Of a DNA stretch of 64,000 nucleotides, positions 36,788 through 46,926 are shown piece after piece (position 1 is the stretch's first letter; the number at the start of each line of letters is the position of its first letter). A program made the position numbers and the translations under genes. The DNA comes from a virus. Lineage: Duplodnaviria; Heunggongvirae; Uroviricota; Caudoviricetes. Location: IMG/VR virus record IMGVR_UViG_2778261503_000006; one strand, written 5' to 3'. The notes under the pieces are model-generated. The model searched no databases. It was not told the origin of the DNA and saw only the letters and a list, made by a program, of their open reading frames with translations.

Positions 36788-37555
36788 ATGGAAAGCACTA
36801 AAACAATTCAATACCGCTTGCGTAATGGCCTGCTGGTGGCTGTTAACGCCGACATGTCACTGCCGTTTGACACGATTGAACGCACTATCATGACGTATCT
36901 CGGCTTTAATGAAGAGCTGAATGAAGAGCATGGCGTAGCTATATGGAGTGATGCAGACAGCGGCGTTCGTCGTTACATCACCGCCAGGGGCAAAGACTAC
37001 TCTCTGGAAGAACTGTTTGCCCTTGCGCAGTCTTTCGAATGTGTAGCATTAGACCTGTTTAATGATCCTGCTATAGCGCAACGACTTATACGCGAGCTTG
37101 GGCTATCCGTTACACCAATTATATTTAAAAATGGCAGCCTGACTGGCACATGGCGCGTAGAACGCATCTCAAACTACCTTCCATATAACCGACAGTTAAA
37201 TGGAGTAATCTCCGGCGTTAACCAGCCCGTAGCGTGTGAAAATGTAAACCTAGTTGTCGCTGTTTTGGCAACCGCATGTCGTGTTATCGGTTTGGCTAAA
37301 CAGGCATTTATTCATTTCCCAAATGGTGCAGAAGGTAGCGCAGAGATTATCGCGTGTGATTTCGAATTTACCTGGATGCTACGCGAATATCTGGACCAAA
37401 CAGTATTCCGTGCCGAAGAACTGGATATGTATATCACGTCAACGATTCCAGACGATGTGCGAGCTGAAGCAATCGCTACAGCCAGGGCGAAATGCCGTGC
37501 GGCGATTGCAGAACAGGCCAAAGAAGAAGTTAAGGAAGTGGCAGATGGCGACTAA
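36788..37555 (+). CDS. hypothetical protein
   Basis: 255-aa ORF. Confidence 0.45.
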   Translation: MESTKTIQYRLRNGLLVAVNADMSLPFDTIERTIMTYLGFNEELNEEHGVAIWSDADSGVRRYITARGKDYSLEELFALAQSFECVALDLFNDPAIAQRLIRELGLSVTPIIFKNGSLTGTWRVERISNYLPYNRQLNGVISGVNQPVACENVNLVVAVLATACRVIGLAKQAFIHFPNGAEGSAEIIACDFEFTWMLREYLDQTVFRAEELDMYITSTIPDDVRAEAIATARAKCRAAIAEQAKEEVKEVADGD

Positions 37556-38639
37556 GAGCAATATTTATAAAGATCCGCGCTGGCTGTCGCTGGTGGAGAA
37601 ATATAAAGACAATTGGGTACTGGCAGCAAAAGAATTGTTTGATATTGATTTAAGCCACCAGCAACAACAAATTGTTGAAGCTATACAGCCCAATAATGCA
37701 AAAGCTACTGTCACCACTCCGTATGGGATCGGACGACCGCAAGTGCTTGCTGTTATTAGTACCCTTTATACGATTATGTATCCTGATTCCCGGACAGTAA
37801 TTGTTTATCCAAAATCAAATGTTTGCAAAAGAGGAATTGTTGCATATGTGTGGCAATGTTGGGAGGCATTGCTGAAAAAACAACCTTTTATCATTGAGTA
37901 TTTTAAGGTCGGTGATAGCGGTCTGATGTTCAATGAATTTTGGGGAATGTGCTTTTGTAACTTCCGCCTTAACTATGAAGATAGCATTGCAGGTCACTAC
38001 GCCGACCATCTTTTATTCATTATTGTGGATTCCGCACATATCAGCGATCGGGCATACAGCATTGTGTGGGCAAGCATGACTAGTGGTGATTCACGCATAT
38101 TGCTCACTTCAATTCCGTCACCAGAGGAAATAGGCTTTTTTTATGATTCACATCATGGACGTGCTTTAGCTGAAGATAATCCGAGTGGTGTATATAAAGC
38201 CATTAAGCTGAGTGCGGAGGATTCACCATTTATTACCCAAGAATATCTTGATCATTTTGCCGAAAGGTATGGCGGGCGAAATAGTGATGACTATCGTCGT
38301 ATGATTCTTGGTGAGTTCCCTGGTATTAGGGAGGCTGTTCTTGAATCAGATATGCCGAAGACAATGCGCTTTTCGATGCCTGATGGTAGTGAATGGACAA
38401 TACCATTACGAGTGATAGCCCGGCATCATGCGCAGCACCACGCCAAAAAACATGGCGTCACGACATTAGAATGGTTGAAATCGCACACCATTCCACTCTT
38501 CACTGCAGATCACAATGCTATCGTTGAGTGGGCAAAAACAATTCCGTGGGAGAATGTCGCTGAATACGCCCACATGCTAAAACCGCCGAAAGACAGGCAA
38601 GAAATTAGCTGGCTGACAGCAGAAAAAATCATTGAGTGA
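37545..38639 (+). CDS. terminase large-subunit ATPase-domain paralogue with degenerate catalytic motifs
   Basis: 365 aa from ATG 37545; aligns with 31056..32456 (SHQQQQI, HLLFIIVDSAH vs HLLLILDEASG, GFFYDSHHGRA vs GYFYDSHHSRA) but Walker A is TTPYGIGRP and no nuclease domain follows. Confidence 0.6.
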   Translation: MATKSNIYKDPRWLSLVEKYKDNWVLAAKELFDIDLSHQQQQIVEAIQPNNAKATVTTPYGIGRPQVLAVISTLYTIMYPDSRTVIVYPKSNVCKRGIVAYVWQCWEALLKKQPFIIEYFKVGDSGLMFNEFWGMCFCNFRLNYEDSIAGHYADHLLFIIVDSAHISDRAYSIVWASMTSGDSRILLTSIPSPEEIGFFYDSHHGRALAEDNPSGVYKAIKLSAEDSPFITQEYLDHFAERYGGRNSDDYRRMILGEFPGIREAVLESDMPKTMRFSMPDGSEWTIPLRVIARHHAQHHAKKHGVTTLEWLKSHTIPLFTADHNAIVEWAKTIPWENVAEYAHMLKPPKDRQEISWLTAEKIIE

Positions 38640-38645
38640 TAGTAA

Positions 38646-38675
38646 GAAGCCCGCCTGGTTGAGCGGGCTTCTTTT
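38646..38675. terminator. bidirectional terminator between convergent genes
   Basis: gaagcccgc...gcgggcttc hairpin followed by tttt. Confidence 0.7.
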
Positions 38676-39055
38676 CAAATATTGGAACCATATAGTTCAC
38701 GTAGTTTTTTCGCTACTGAAGATACGGGGATTTCACCAGTTGCAGCCCCCACTGCAAGCTCCACCAGCACGGGATCATCATATACCTGTATACCGTTACG
38801 GCGTAGAAATAGCAGCGCACTGTTTAGCGCGGTACGCTTATTGGCATCATTGAATATATGCCCTCTCGCCGTAGCCACCAGGTAGGTGGCGGAGACTTCG
38901 AAAAGGTCGGTGATCTCTTCGTAGGCAACTCTGGCCTGAACTCTCCCGATAATGGCCTCTGCCCTACCCGGATCTGACATTCCCGGCAGGCCGCCGTAGC
39001 GGCTTATATTCGCATCATGAAGCGCAATAAGTTCTTCCGGTGATATATGCCTCAT
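38675..39055 (-). CDS. doc: Doc toxin (Fic-fold kinase, death on curing)
   Basis: 126 aa; [22 protein letters not shown]... and Fic motif HIFNDANKR; matches P1 Doc as I recall it. Confidence 0.9.
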
Positions 39056-39276
39056 TATCGGTTAACCAGTTCCTTGTTGGTGGAGTCCAGGGTGTCAAAC
39101 AGGGATGCAAATTCGGCATCCAGCGCCGCTTTTTTGTAGGCTTCAAAAGTAGCCTTGCTGACAATTACTGCTGGCTCACGGCCTCTGCGGGTGATTTCAA
39201 CCTCTTCCCCGGCTTCAACATTGTTGAGCACTTCAGAAAGGTTGCCGCGCGCGGTACGGAAGTTAATGGATTGCAT
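39055..39276 (-). CDS. phd: Phd antitoxin
   Basis: 73 aa from ATG 39276 ([49 protein letters not shown]...); track's start at 39282 is an upstream GTG. Confidence 0.9.
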
Positions 39277-39384
39277 AAACACCTCGTGTGCTCGTTATGT
39301 GTACGCAATTATAGGTTTTAATGATGCTGAATACCACTTCTTGGTGCCTTAAATCCTCGAGATGCAGTCTTGCAATTGCTGGGA

Positions 39385-39807
39385 TTAAGCAGAATAAGTG
39401 GTTGGAATTCTGAGCAGTAATCCAATCTTGGCTATGTGCTCATATGGCAGCTCTCCGGTTTTACCATCATGTATCGAGGCTATCAGATTCAATTCTTGCG
39501 CCGCTTTACGAATTTCAGTTTCTGATGGAACAAGGCGAAAACCGATGTGTAACATTTTGATATAGAAAGGTAATAGTTCGTACTTCACCCGTAACTGTGC
39601 TGCCGCATCTTTCAAATCATGGATGATTTCTTGTTTTAAGTCAGAGCGGGGATTCGATAGCTTTGCTTGGTTAGACAATAACAGATGCGATATTTCCCCC
39701 AACTGTTCCTTGAATGAAATGTAAGACTCAACCCCCTTGATGATGAGTCGACCTAGGACAAAAACGCTTACTCCAGTGACAACAGTGACAAAAGCAGACG
39801 AACTCAT
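39385..39807 (-). CDS. hypothetical protein with N-terminal membrane anchor
   Basis: 140 aa; N-terminal FVTVVTGVSVFVLGRLII hydrophobic segment. Confidence 0.45.
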   Translation of the reverse strand: MSSSAFVTVVTGVSVFVLGRLIIKGVESYISFKEQLGEISHLLLSNQAKLSNPRSDLKQEIIHDLKDAAAQLRVKYELLPFYIKMLHIGFRLVPSETEIRKAAQELNLIASIHDGKTGELPYEHIAKIGLLLRIPTTYSA

Positions 39808-39941
39808 TCGCGTACCTAAAAAGAGAATTATAACCTCATCTTATCTTCAAGTGAGTAACCGCGTCTAATGGGAGGAATCATTTAAATGGCCAGGGCGATA
39901 TAGATCCAGTCATGCCTCTCTATGGTTTCTCTGAAAACAAA

Positions 39942-40331
39942 TCATATAGCAGGACTATCATCAAATTCACCGCCCCTGGCGTCATTGATAATGTGGGTGA
40001 TCACACCAAAAACAGCATTACTACCCGTGTAACCATCGTCATCTACTGGTAACGCCTCTTTCTTCCCGGTGCTTAAATCCTCCAGGTGCTGGCGCGGATA
40101 CTTCCGGTATCTTTTTACGCGATATTCTCCCTCCATAGCGCACACAAGCAGCGAACCATCAACTGGAGTAAGCGAAGAATCAACCACCAGCAAAGCACCC
40201 TGCAATATTCCCTCACGGTGATGGCTGTCTGCCGCCCGCATGAAGTATGTCGCTGATGGATGCCTGATTAGTTGCTGATCAAGAGAAATTCGGCTTTCAA
40301 CATAGTCCGCCGCAGGAGAAGGGAAGCCCAT
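39942..40331 (-). CDS. humD: UmuD-like S24 peptidase-fold protein (HumD-like)
   Basis: 129 aa; GFPSPAADYVE start typical of UmuD-prime-like proteins; sits upstream of phd-doc as humD does in P1. Confidence 0.65.
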   Translation of the reverse strand: MGFPSPAADYVESRISLDQQLIRHPSATYFMRAADSHHREGILQGALLVVDSSLTPVDGSLLVCAMEGEYRVKRYRKYPRQHLEDLSTGKKEALPVDDDGYTGSNAVFGVITHIINDARGGEFDDSPAI

Positions 40332-40578
40332 AGCGTTTTCACCTCAATAATACTGTTCATTTATACAGTATACATTAAAGAGACACATTTGGTGCAAACG
40401 CGTTACGTACATCAACCACCGCAGATGATTTTGTGCGCTTTGCTACTATTCATCACCAACGAATCAGCGTAACCTCGTTGCCCGGATTAGAGAAATGCAA
40501 AACGATAATAAAGGCTAAATCGAGGTAGAAAACACATTGTTTAAGGCCACTAATTGTGACCTCAAAGGGGAGAGATGC

Positions 40579-41130
40579 TTATTGGCTATGGCTAAAAATC
40601 AAATGAGACACTTCATGTGGTTGTAGCTCGTCAAGATCCGGGGCCACAAAACCTTTTCCGAAAGACTTCACAAGTGATTCACCAGCCGCATCATTGTCAC
40701 CTATTACGCGAAAGTCATACGGCAGCATCGCAAGTTGACGGCGTAATCCTGCGGAGAAAGTTGAACCTAACAGCGCCCACGAATTGCCGCCCGCGTTGTG
40801 TACAGCTGCGCTCTTAAAAATAGACTCAGTTATCCATATTGGGCCATCTTTTAAAGGAAGATAGGTTCCCCAAAGTAACTGTCTGCCGTGTGATCGCGTG
40901 AAATACCGGGCCATCTTCGGATTGCTATGCTGCTTAGGTGCACCTGGTCTATATGTCTGATACCCAGCCAACATCCCATCAAACCTGTAGAGAGGGAATG
41001 TAACTACTCCTTCGCTTTCATCGATCCACTGTCTATATGGGTGTATATCATGGCGGTAGTTGCGAGTTAGCAAATGAGCTTCCAGCTTTCCAAATTTTGT
41101 CATATTCCGTTCTTCCTGCATACTGGGCAT
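40579..41130 (-). CDS. hypothetical protein
   Basis: 183-aa ORF. Confidence 0.45.
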   Translation of the reverse strand: MPSMQEERNMTKFGKLEAHLLTRNYRHDIHPYRQWIDESEGVVTFPLYRFDGMLAGYQTYRPGAPKQHSNPKMARYFTRSHGRQLLWGTYLPLKDGPIWITESIFKSAAVHNAGGNSWALLGSTFSAGLRRQLAMLPYDFRVIGDNDAAGESLVKSFGKGFVAPDLDELQPHEVSHLIFSHSQ

Positions 41131-41405
41131 GTGTTCTCTGTGAAATATGGGAAACTATTATCCAGCTCATCTACCCACTGTTTATGGTCGAAGCAGAAAA
41201 ATATCTCCCACGGCATTCCATATTCTTCCATCCATAGGCGGATCTGCATTTCTATTGGAATCGGCGGTATTGCAGACACCATATCAACAGGATAACAGTT
41301 CAGACGACGTTCCAGTTCTTCTACTCTCTTCTGGAGATGAAATATCCGATCCAGATGCACACGCCGCTCCCGTGCCATTTTAAAATAAAGCTCGCCGGTC
41401 ATCAT
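41100..41405 (-). CDS. small coiled-coil protein with C-terminal Cys motif (paralogue of 41405..41689)
   Basis: C-terminal FFCFDHKQWVDELDNSFPYFTENTCPVCRK parallels AFWCYDHRRWCDELDSSFPYFAEGNSCPECRR. Confidence 0.4.
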   Translation of the reverse strand: MMTGELYFKMARERRVHLDRIFHLQKRVEELERRLNCYPVDMVSAIPPIPIEMQIRLWMEEYGMPWEIFFCFDHKQWVDELDNSFPYFTENTCPVCRKNGI

Positions 41406-41689
41406 TAACGCCTACATTCAGGGCAAGAGTTCCCTTCTGCAAAATAGGGGAAACTGCTATCAAGCTCATCACACCATCTGCGATGGTCGTAGCACCAAAA
41501 CGCCTCCCACGGTGCACGGAAATACTTCATCCACCAGGACACTCGATCAGGTATATCTGCTGGTGGCAGTTCTTCTGGCAATAATTTGCCTGATAATTCC
41601 CTTTCCGCCCGCGACAGCATTTTTTTGAGGCTCGCGTTCTCTTTTTCAAGCTCATCTACGCGCACCTGTAATTCAGCTTTCGTTGGCAT
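41405..41689 (-). CDS. small coiled-coil protein with C-terminal Cys motif (paralogue of 41100..41405)
   Basis: start set at internal ATG 41689 (MPTKAELQ...); track's longer ORF overlaps the upstream gene. Confidence 0.4.
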   Translation of the reverse strand: MPTKAELQVRVDELEKENASLKKMLSRAERELSGKLLPEELPPADIPDRVSWWMKYFRAPWEAFWCYDHRRWCDELDSSFPYFAEGNSCPECRR

Positions 41690-43193
41690 GGTCCACCTCA
41701 TGCTTTTCAGCCACCAGCGGCAATAAAGCCCTGGCCATCTTATGAACCAATAGTGCATCAATAATGCCAAGCGTATGCCCCGGCTTAATGTTTAATGCCG
41801 CCTCAAGGCGACACCTTTCCAGGCCACTTTTCTCGGCTTGTTTATGATGATCTGGTGTAATAACGTCGCCCAAAACACGGCTAATTCTTTCTCGTAATTG
41901 CTGGGTGCCAGCACACTTGATCGCTGTATCGTGGAGACGGTTAACCAGTTCGCGATAAACATGCGGCTTAATGCGGATACGTTCACCGGTGACGCCCTTT
42001 CCTGGCGCTGGCACCGAACTATCCGGAATATCCGGATAGTTGCCTGCCAGTCTACGCAACACAGCCTTAACGGCCTCAATACGGTCATCATCGCAACTTT
42101 CCGCCGTATCTATGCGGTCGAGCATGATGATGGCGTTATCAATATCAGGATTGCCGGTCCACTCATTACCGCGATTGGATTCGGCAGACTGGTTACCAGA
42201 TGCGGGTTGATTGTCGGCCTTACCCAGCCTGTCGTCGCTGCATGAATGCCCTTCCAGCCAGGCCAATGCTTGTCGCATGAAATACGCAATATGCTTGCCG
42301 TGGTAATCGTCTTCATCGATGTGAAAAGCGATACTGCGGATATATTCAATTGCGTTTTCAATGGCCTCCGGCGTTACCGGTGCTGACATATTTTGATTTT
42401 GGAGTGCCAAGACGCGGCTGGCATCCTCTACGCCTTTAACTGCATCTGCGCAGTAGTTATAGCGATTGCATTCCACTAACTTCTGCTTGAGATTTTCAAT
42501 TGCTTGCGCGACATCAGCCTGTATTGGCGGAACGGCTGTTTGCTCTCGAACGTCATTAGTCGCTATCGGTTCTGCTGCCAACTGACTGGCATATTTGTTA
42601 ATGGTAACGATAAGCTCTTGCTCGGCCTCATCCAGACAATCACCGATACCTCGCCTGTCACCGTCAAAATCATCGAAATCGGCACGAACTCTGGCAAACT
42701 TCAGGATTGCTGACAACACCTCACTAGGAATTACCGGATAGTTGGTTGACGTTTCCGCGATTTCCCGAAAATTATTGGTTGACGAATTCTTGCTTTCCCG
42801 AAAGTTTCCGGACTGAAGCATGGCGGTGCGGCAGGCGTTCCATATTTCGGCAGCAATATCGCGCTCGCTATCGGTTAATTTGTACGTGGAAACATAGCCA
42901 GAGAGCATTTCTACGTTTTCCGGAGTTGCTTCTTCCGGCACTACCGGCGCTGGCGGGGCGATGCGTCCAAGCAACTTATTTACCTCTTTCGCCATCGCGT
43001 CATATTTATCTAAATGGCGATTAGCTTCTAAGCAGACTCGGCGCATCTGATCTGAGTTAACTCGTTTAACTGGATCTGCTTCCAGCGATGCCAGCGCAAT
43101 CCGTGCCAGTTCCATTTGTTCACCACGGGTAAGCCCGTTTTCAAGCGGATTTTTAATGAACAATTCAATACGTTCTTTGGTAATAGTGGTCAT
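41673..43193 (-). CDS. large hypothetical early protein
   Basis: 506 aa; N-terminal MTTITKERIELFIKNPLENGLTRGEQMELARIALASLEA shared with 43469..43879; C-terminal segment resembles that of 50310..50921. Confidence 0.5.
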   Translation of the reverse strand: MTTITKERIELFIKNPLENGLTRGEQMELARIALASLEADPVKRVNSDQMRRVCLEANRHLDKYDAMAKEVNKLLGRIAPPAPVVPEEATPENVEMLSGYVSTYKLTDSERDIAAEIWNACRTAMLQSGNFRESKNSSTNNFREIAETSTNYPVIPSEVLSAILKFARVRADFDDFDGDRRGIGDCLDEAEQELIVTINKYASQLAAEPIATNDVREQTAVPPIQADVAQAIENLKQKLVECNRYNYCADAVKGVEDASRVLALQNQNMSAPVTPEAIENAIEYIRSIAFHIDEDDYHGKHIAYFMRQALAWLEGHSCSDDRLGKADNQPASGNQSAESNRGNEWTGNPDIDNAIIMLDRIDTAESCDDDRIEAVKAVLRRLAGNYPDIPDSSVPAPGKGVTGERIRIKPHVYRELVNRLHDTAIKCAGTQQLRERISRVLGDVITPDHHKQAEKSGLERCRLEAALNIKPGHTLGIIDALLVHKMARALLPLVAEKHEVDHANES

Positions 43194-43203
43194 GTGTTAC
43201 TCC

Positions 43204-43467
43204 TTAACCCGCAGTGCTTTCAACTGATGAGGGGAACAAAATCTTTTCATCAAACCCTGCATTCATATCATGAACAGCAACACACCAATCCATCGACGAA
43301 CGATTATCAAGAGTCTCCATGATTTCATCCATGCGGCGCAGGTCATACAGGTAAATGCTTTTATCGCCAATGGTGTAAAAACCAATTTTTTTCGGTGATG
43401 GACAGCGATCAAGAACGTCCTGTAATTCGTTCAACCATGCCCGTTCTTTTTTTGTTAAAGTTGCCAT
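43204..43467 (-). CDS. hypothetical small protein
   Basis: 87 aa from ATG 43467 (MATLTKKERAWLNELQ...) with AGGAGA RBS. Confidence 0.4.
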   Translation of the reverse strand: MATLTKKERAWLNELQDVLDRCPSPKKIGFYTIGDKSIYLYDLRRMDEIMETLDNRSSMDWCVAVHDMNAGFDEKILFPSSVESTAG

Positions 43468-43468
43468 A

Positions 43469-43879
43469 TCACTCTCCTTTCCCATGAAGCATAGCGGCGC
43501 GGCAGGCGTTCCAGCCTGTAGCGTATGCAGCCGCTTTGCTGCTGCCTTCAACTGGCGCATCCTGCCAATACATTTCATCCGGCACTACCGGCGCTGGCAA
43601 GGCAGCGTGATAGTAGAGTGGCATAGTTTTGTACAGTGGTTCGCCAGGACTTCCGTCAACCTGATTCCATTCTTCAACCCAGGCATCAACAACCGCTTTG
43701 CTGGTTGATACATGTTCTTCTGAATCTACATTTTGTCCTGATATACAGAACATAACTGCCTCTGCTTCCAGCGATGCCAGAGCAATTCGTGCCAGTTCCA
43801 TTTGTTCGCCACGAGTAAGTCCGTTATCAAGCGGATTTTTAATGAATAATTTGATACGTTCTTTGGTTATAGCGTTCAT
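43469..43879 (-). CDS. hypothetical protein sharing the N-terminal module of 41673..43193
   Basis: 136 aa from ATG 43879 (MNAITKERIKLFIKNPLDNGLTRGEQMELARIALASLEA). Confidence 0.45.
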   Translation of the reverse strand: MNAITKERIKLFIKNPLDNGLTRGEQMELARIALASLEAEAVMFCISGQNVDSEEHVSTSKAVVDAWVEEWNQVDGSPGEPLYKTMPLYYHAALPAPVVPDEMYWQDAPVEGSSKAAAYATGWNACRAAMLHGKGE

Positions 43880-43880
43880 C

Positions 43881-44636
43881 TCACTCTCCTTTGATGCGAA
43901 TGCCAGTAGCGCGGATTGCATCGATGACTTCAGAAACTTTGTATGCCATTACCGTTTGGTAATCATCGTGAAAATCTGTTCGATGAAGCATGCTGCTACG
44001 TTCCGGGAGCGATATTTCCCGAGCATCCAGTTCCTTAACGCGCTCCTCCAGTTCGTAGACCCTGCATTGTTCTCTATCATCAATCAGATATAACCCAAGA
44101 CATTCGCTTTCTACCCAACCGCCAAAATCATGATCGTAACGCTCACATGAAAACTCACCGTCACCGTCCTTTGTTGGAATGGTGTAACTATCTAATGGGC
44201 CACCATATGTCGGCACATTTCCCAATGTTGGATGCTCAATCCACATGAAAAATGCACGTCCGGTTATTGGGCAAATATCTGGCCGCCATTGGTTACGAAC
44301 AGCCTTGGTTTCGGATAATTCTTCAGCGTGTTGTTTTACTTCCTCAAGCTCAACTCTCAGCTTCCCAACCGTAAGAGCAATATCCTCGTTCTTCTGGTCG
44401 CGGCGTTTGATGTATTGCTGGTTTCTTTCCAGTTCATCCAGTAATGCCAAAGCAACCTTTGGATTAAAGGCAGCAATAAATTCAGCGTTGTTTTTCAGAA
44501 CGTGTTGCGCAATGGCCTGACCACTTAGTCGGACCTTATAACCACGTGCGCCACGGTGTGGTTTATATGAGTCCCAGTCTCCCCACGTTGCTTTCTCTGC
44601 CGCCTCACGCAGTGCCTGGTAATTAATTTTGCTCAC
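43881..44636 (-). CDS. Ead/Ea22-like family protein
   Basis: 251 aa; N-terminal YQALREAAEKATWGDW...AAFNPKVALALLDELE pattern. Confidence 0.5.
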   Translation of the reverse strand: MSKINYQALREAAEKATWGDWDSYKPHRGARGYKVRLSGQAIAQHVLKNNAEFIAAFNPKVALALLDELERNQQYIKRRDQKNEDIALTVGKLRVELEEVKQHAEELSETKAVRNQWRPDICPITGRAFFMWIEHPTLGNVPTYGGPLDSYTIPTKDGDGEFSCERYDHDFGGWVESECLGLYLIDDREQCRVYELEERVKELDAREISLPERSSMLHRTDFHDDYQTVMAYKVSEVIDAIRATGIRIKGE

Positions 44637-45072
44637 TGACTGCCTCCTTCTTAATCAGTTTACACAGGTGCTCCACAGCCACAGAGAGTGCATCCACCGC
44701 TCGTTTATCCAGACGCGGGGCCAGAGCAAGCAGTTCATTTATTGCAATCTGAATACCATGCTCCGCCGCCAGCGCCGCGCGATTGCTCTCCAGCTCTGCA
44801 ATGCGCTGTTTTGCGGTATCAAGTTCAATCGATAATTTTTCCAACTGCTCTTTATGCTTCTTGTATTCCTGATATGCGTGCCAGGACTGACCTTTGCGCA
44901 CACTATCAGTAATATCAGTAATCTGTTCTGGTGTTAGAGTGGTCAGTGGCTGTGCTGGGAAAATCAGCACTTTCCCGGAATCCCAATCAAAACCAGCGTG
45001 AATTGACTGAACCTCAACTGAGGGTGTTGAACCAATGCTGCCAGGCGAATGAACAACGATCGTTACATCCAT
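44623..45072 (-). CDS. hypothetical coiled-coil protein (start uncertain)
   Basis: ORF in track 44623..45168; internal ATG 45072 (MDVTIVVHSP...) preferred. Confidence 0.4.
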   Translation of the reverse strand: MDVTIVVHSPGSIGSTPSVEVQSIHAGFDWDSGKVLIFPAQPLTTLTPEQITDITDSVRKGQSWHAYQEYKKHKEQLEKLSIELDTAKQRIAELESNRAALAAEHGIQIAINELLALAPRLDKRAVDALSVAVEHLCKLIKKEAVSEQN

Positions 45073-45164
45073 ATCGCGACGATGGCTGTGGTTGTTGGAC
45101 AAAATACGATTCAACAAAATACGATTCACCAACTCAGAAAATTTGGAGAATTTCATGCGGAGCC

Positions 45165-45575
45165 TCAATATGCAAAATAGACCGTTGCCACGCCGTTATA
45201 GTGATCAAACGATACGGCGTTTACTTCATAACTGGCCGGGAGCTTCGAGCCAAGAACGTATCCGGGCCACGTTTTCCATGGAATTTCTCTATTCTCACTA
45301 CCCCCATATACCGTACATCCAAGTGAACCTACAGCTTCATTAGAACGCGTGCCGCACGTTATGAATCCCAGATTTTGCTTACTGCTCTTAATGGTGATTG
45401 AGTGAACGCTGGCTGATGCATTAGCAGCACGCTGTGCCTGTTGGTTTGCGATATTCGCAGAGTTCGCAGCAGCTACAGCAGCCGTAGTCGCGGCGGTAGA
45501 GGCTACAATAGCTGCTGAAGCATGCACTTGTTGGATATTCACCAACAATGCCGCGATAAAAATCATCTTCTTCAC
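45165..45575 (-). CDS. secreted Ala-rich protein with signal peptide
   Basis: 136 aa; MKKMIFIAALLVNIQQVHA signal-like N-terminus. Confidence 0.45.
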   Translation of the reverse strand: MKKMIFIAALLVNIQQVHASAAIVASTAATTAAVAAANSANIANQQAQRAANASASVHSITIKSSKQNLGFITCGTRSNEAVGSLGCTVYGGSENREIPWKTWPGYVLGSKLPASYEVNAVSFDHYNGVATVYFAY

Positions 45576-46294
45576 TTGTCAGCTCCTTTGCGAATCTGTT
45601 CCGCCCATTCTTCAAGGGATTTCTCCGCATATTCACCAGACAGGCCATCAATCGGATGCGCTTCATTAGCCAACTCTTCTTTCGCTGACAAAATCATGCG
45701 TGTAACGTCGAAAACTTCACGCAAAGACTTATTGATAAATCCGTGATTGAACGCAGCAGCAAGACGGCTGGCGGTATAGTTAACTCCCTCGTTGCGTGCT
45801 TCCGCACGAATTTCAGCCAGAAAAGCATCGGTGGCTGGCATATTTCCTGTTGCCTTCATGGCCTCCAAAATAACCAGAACGCCATCTCGCCCAACCTCCT
45901 CAGCGATAACCTCGGTGTTGTCGCCAACAACATCGCAGAATGCCTGAACTGCCTTACGAGCCAGTTCATTCTCCGCCGCCAGCGCCGCGAGATTAGTCTC
46001 AAGCTCTGCAATTCGACACATAGCATCAATATTTGTGTCCTCCAGGCGCTTAATTTCACCAAGAAGCTCCAGTGCAACCTTTGGGTTGAACGCGGCAACA
46101 TAACGAGCGTTGTTCTCTGCATTTTTCTGTCCATCAAAGCCGGTCCATTTGATAACGTCTTCACATCGTTCATCACCGGGCGTGTGCACCGCATAAGTAC
46201 CAGTATCCGTCGAAATAAATGCGACCCATTCGTCTGGTGTTGCCTTTTCTGCCGCCTCACGCAGTACCTGATAGTCAATTGTCATTCTCGCCAT
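45572..46294 (-). CDS. Ead/Ea22-like family protein
   Basis: 240 aa; YQVLREAAEKATPDEW...AAFNPKVALELLGEIKRLE; C-terminal region paralogous to 49503..50006. Confidence 0.5.
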   Translation of the reverse strand: MARMTIDYQVLREAAEKATPDEWVAFISTDTGTYAVHTPGDERCEDVIKWTGFDGQKNAENNARYVAAFNPKVALELLGEIKRLEDTNIDAMCRIAELETNLAALAAENELARKAVQAFCDVVGDNTEVIAEEVGRDGVLVILEAMKATGNMPATDAFLAEIRAEARNEGVNYTASRLAAAFNHGFINKSLREVFDVTRMILSAKEELANEAHPIDGLSGEYAEKSLEEWAEQIRKGADK

Positions 46295-46926
46295 CCTTCA
46301 CAGTTGTAATCACGACAGCCTTCAAAATCATATGGGCTGTACTGCCAGGTTATTTTTCCGCAATGCGGACAATTCCAACGCACCTTCCCGCTTCGCGACT
46401 TCTTTCTTCTGTTCTGCTCTTTCAACCAGTCAGGCATGACCAAACCTGCGCCCTGAACCATTGTTCTGCGGTTAAAGTTATTGATATTGAACGTCCGGCG
46501 CTTTGCTGCATCAGCAATGGAAAATGGCAACCAAACTATTCCTGGTTCGTTTTTGTTGGCGAAGCTAAAGATGGTCGCTTTACTGAAGTCATCTGTTGGC
46601 AATCCACCGTGTTGAAGCCAGTAAACATCGTTGCCGTTCCAGCTACCTTTTTTGTAGGCCACATACTCAGTGCAATCTGACTCAATCAGGCTTTCTGTAG
46701 GGATGTACTGGCAATCAACGTGCCACACAGCCATTGCATCCACACTATCGGCACAAACAGGCTGATCGATATCTCGCCCACAATTCCAGGCTTTTTGGGC
46801 TTCTTCCAGCGTGTAAATATGAGCGCGATCGATATCAGAACTGTAACCATTGCCGTTATGGCAATGGAATGAGGCGTTATTACCCACAGTTTCACGCAAG
46901 CACATCATGTAAAAGCGGTTATTCAC
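46282..46926 (-). CDS. hypothetical protein with C-terminal zinc-ribbon-like Cys cluster
   Basis: 214 aa; WNCPHCGK...CRDYNCEG. Confidence 0.45.
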   Translation of the reverse strand: MNNRFYMMCLRETVGNNASFHCHNGNGYSSDIDRAHIYTLEEAQKAWNCGRDIDQPVCADSVDAMAVWHVDCQYIPTESLIESDCTEYVAYKKGSWNGNDVYWLQHGGLPTDDFSKATIFSFANKNEPGIVWLPFSIADAAKRRTFNINNFNRRTMVQGAGLVMPDWLKEQNRRKKSRSGKVRWNCPHCGKITWQYSPYDFEGCRDYNCEGWRE

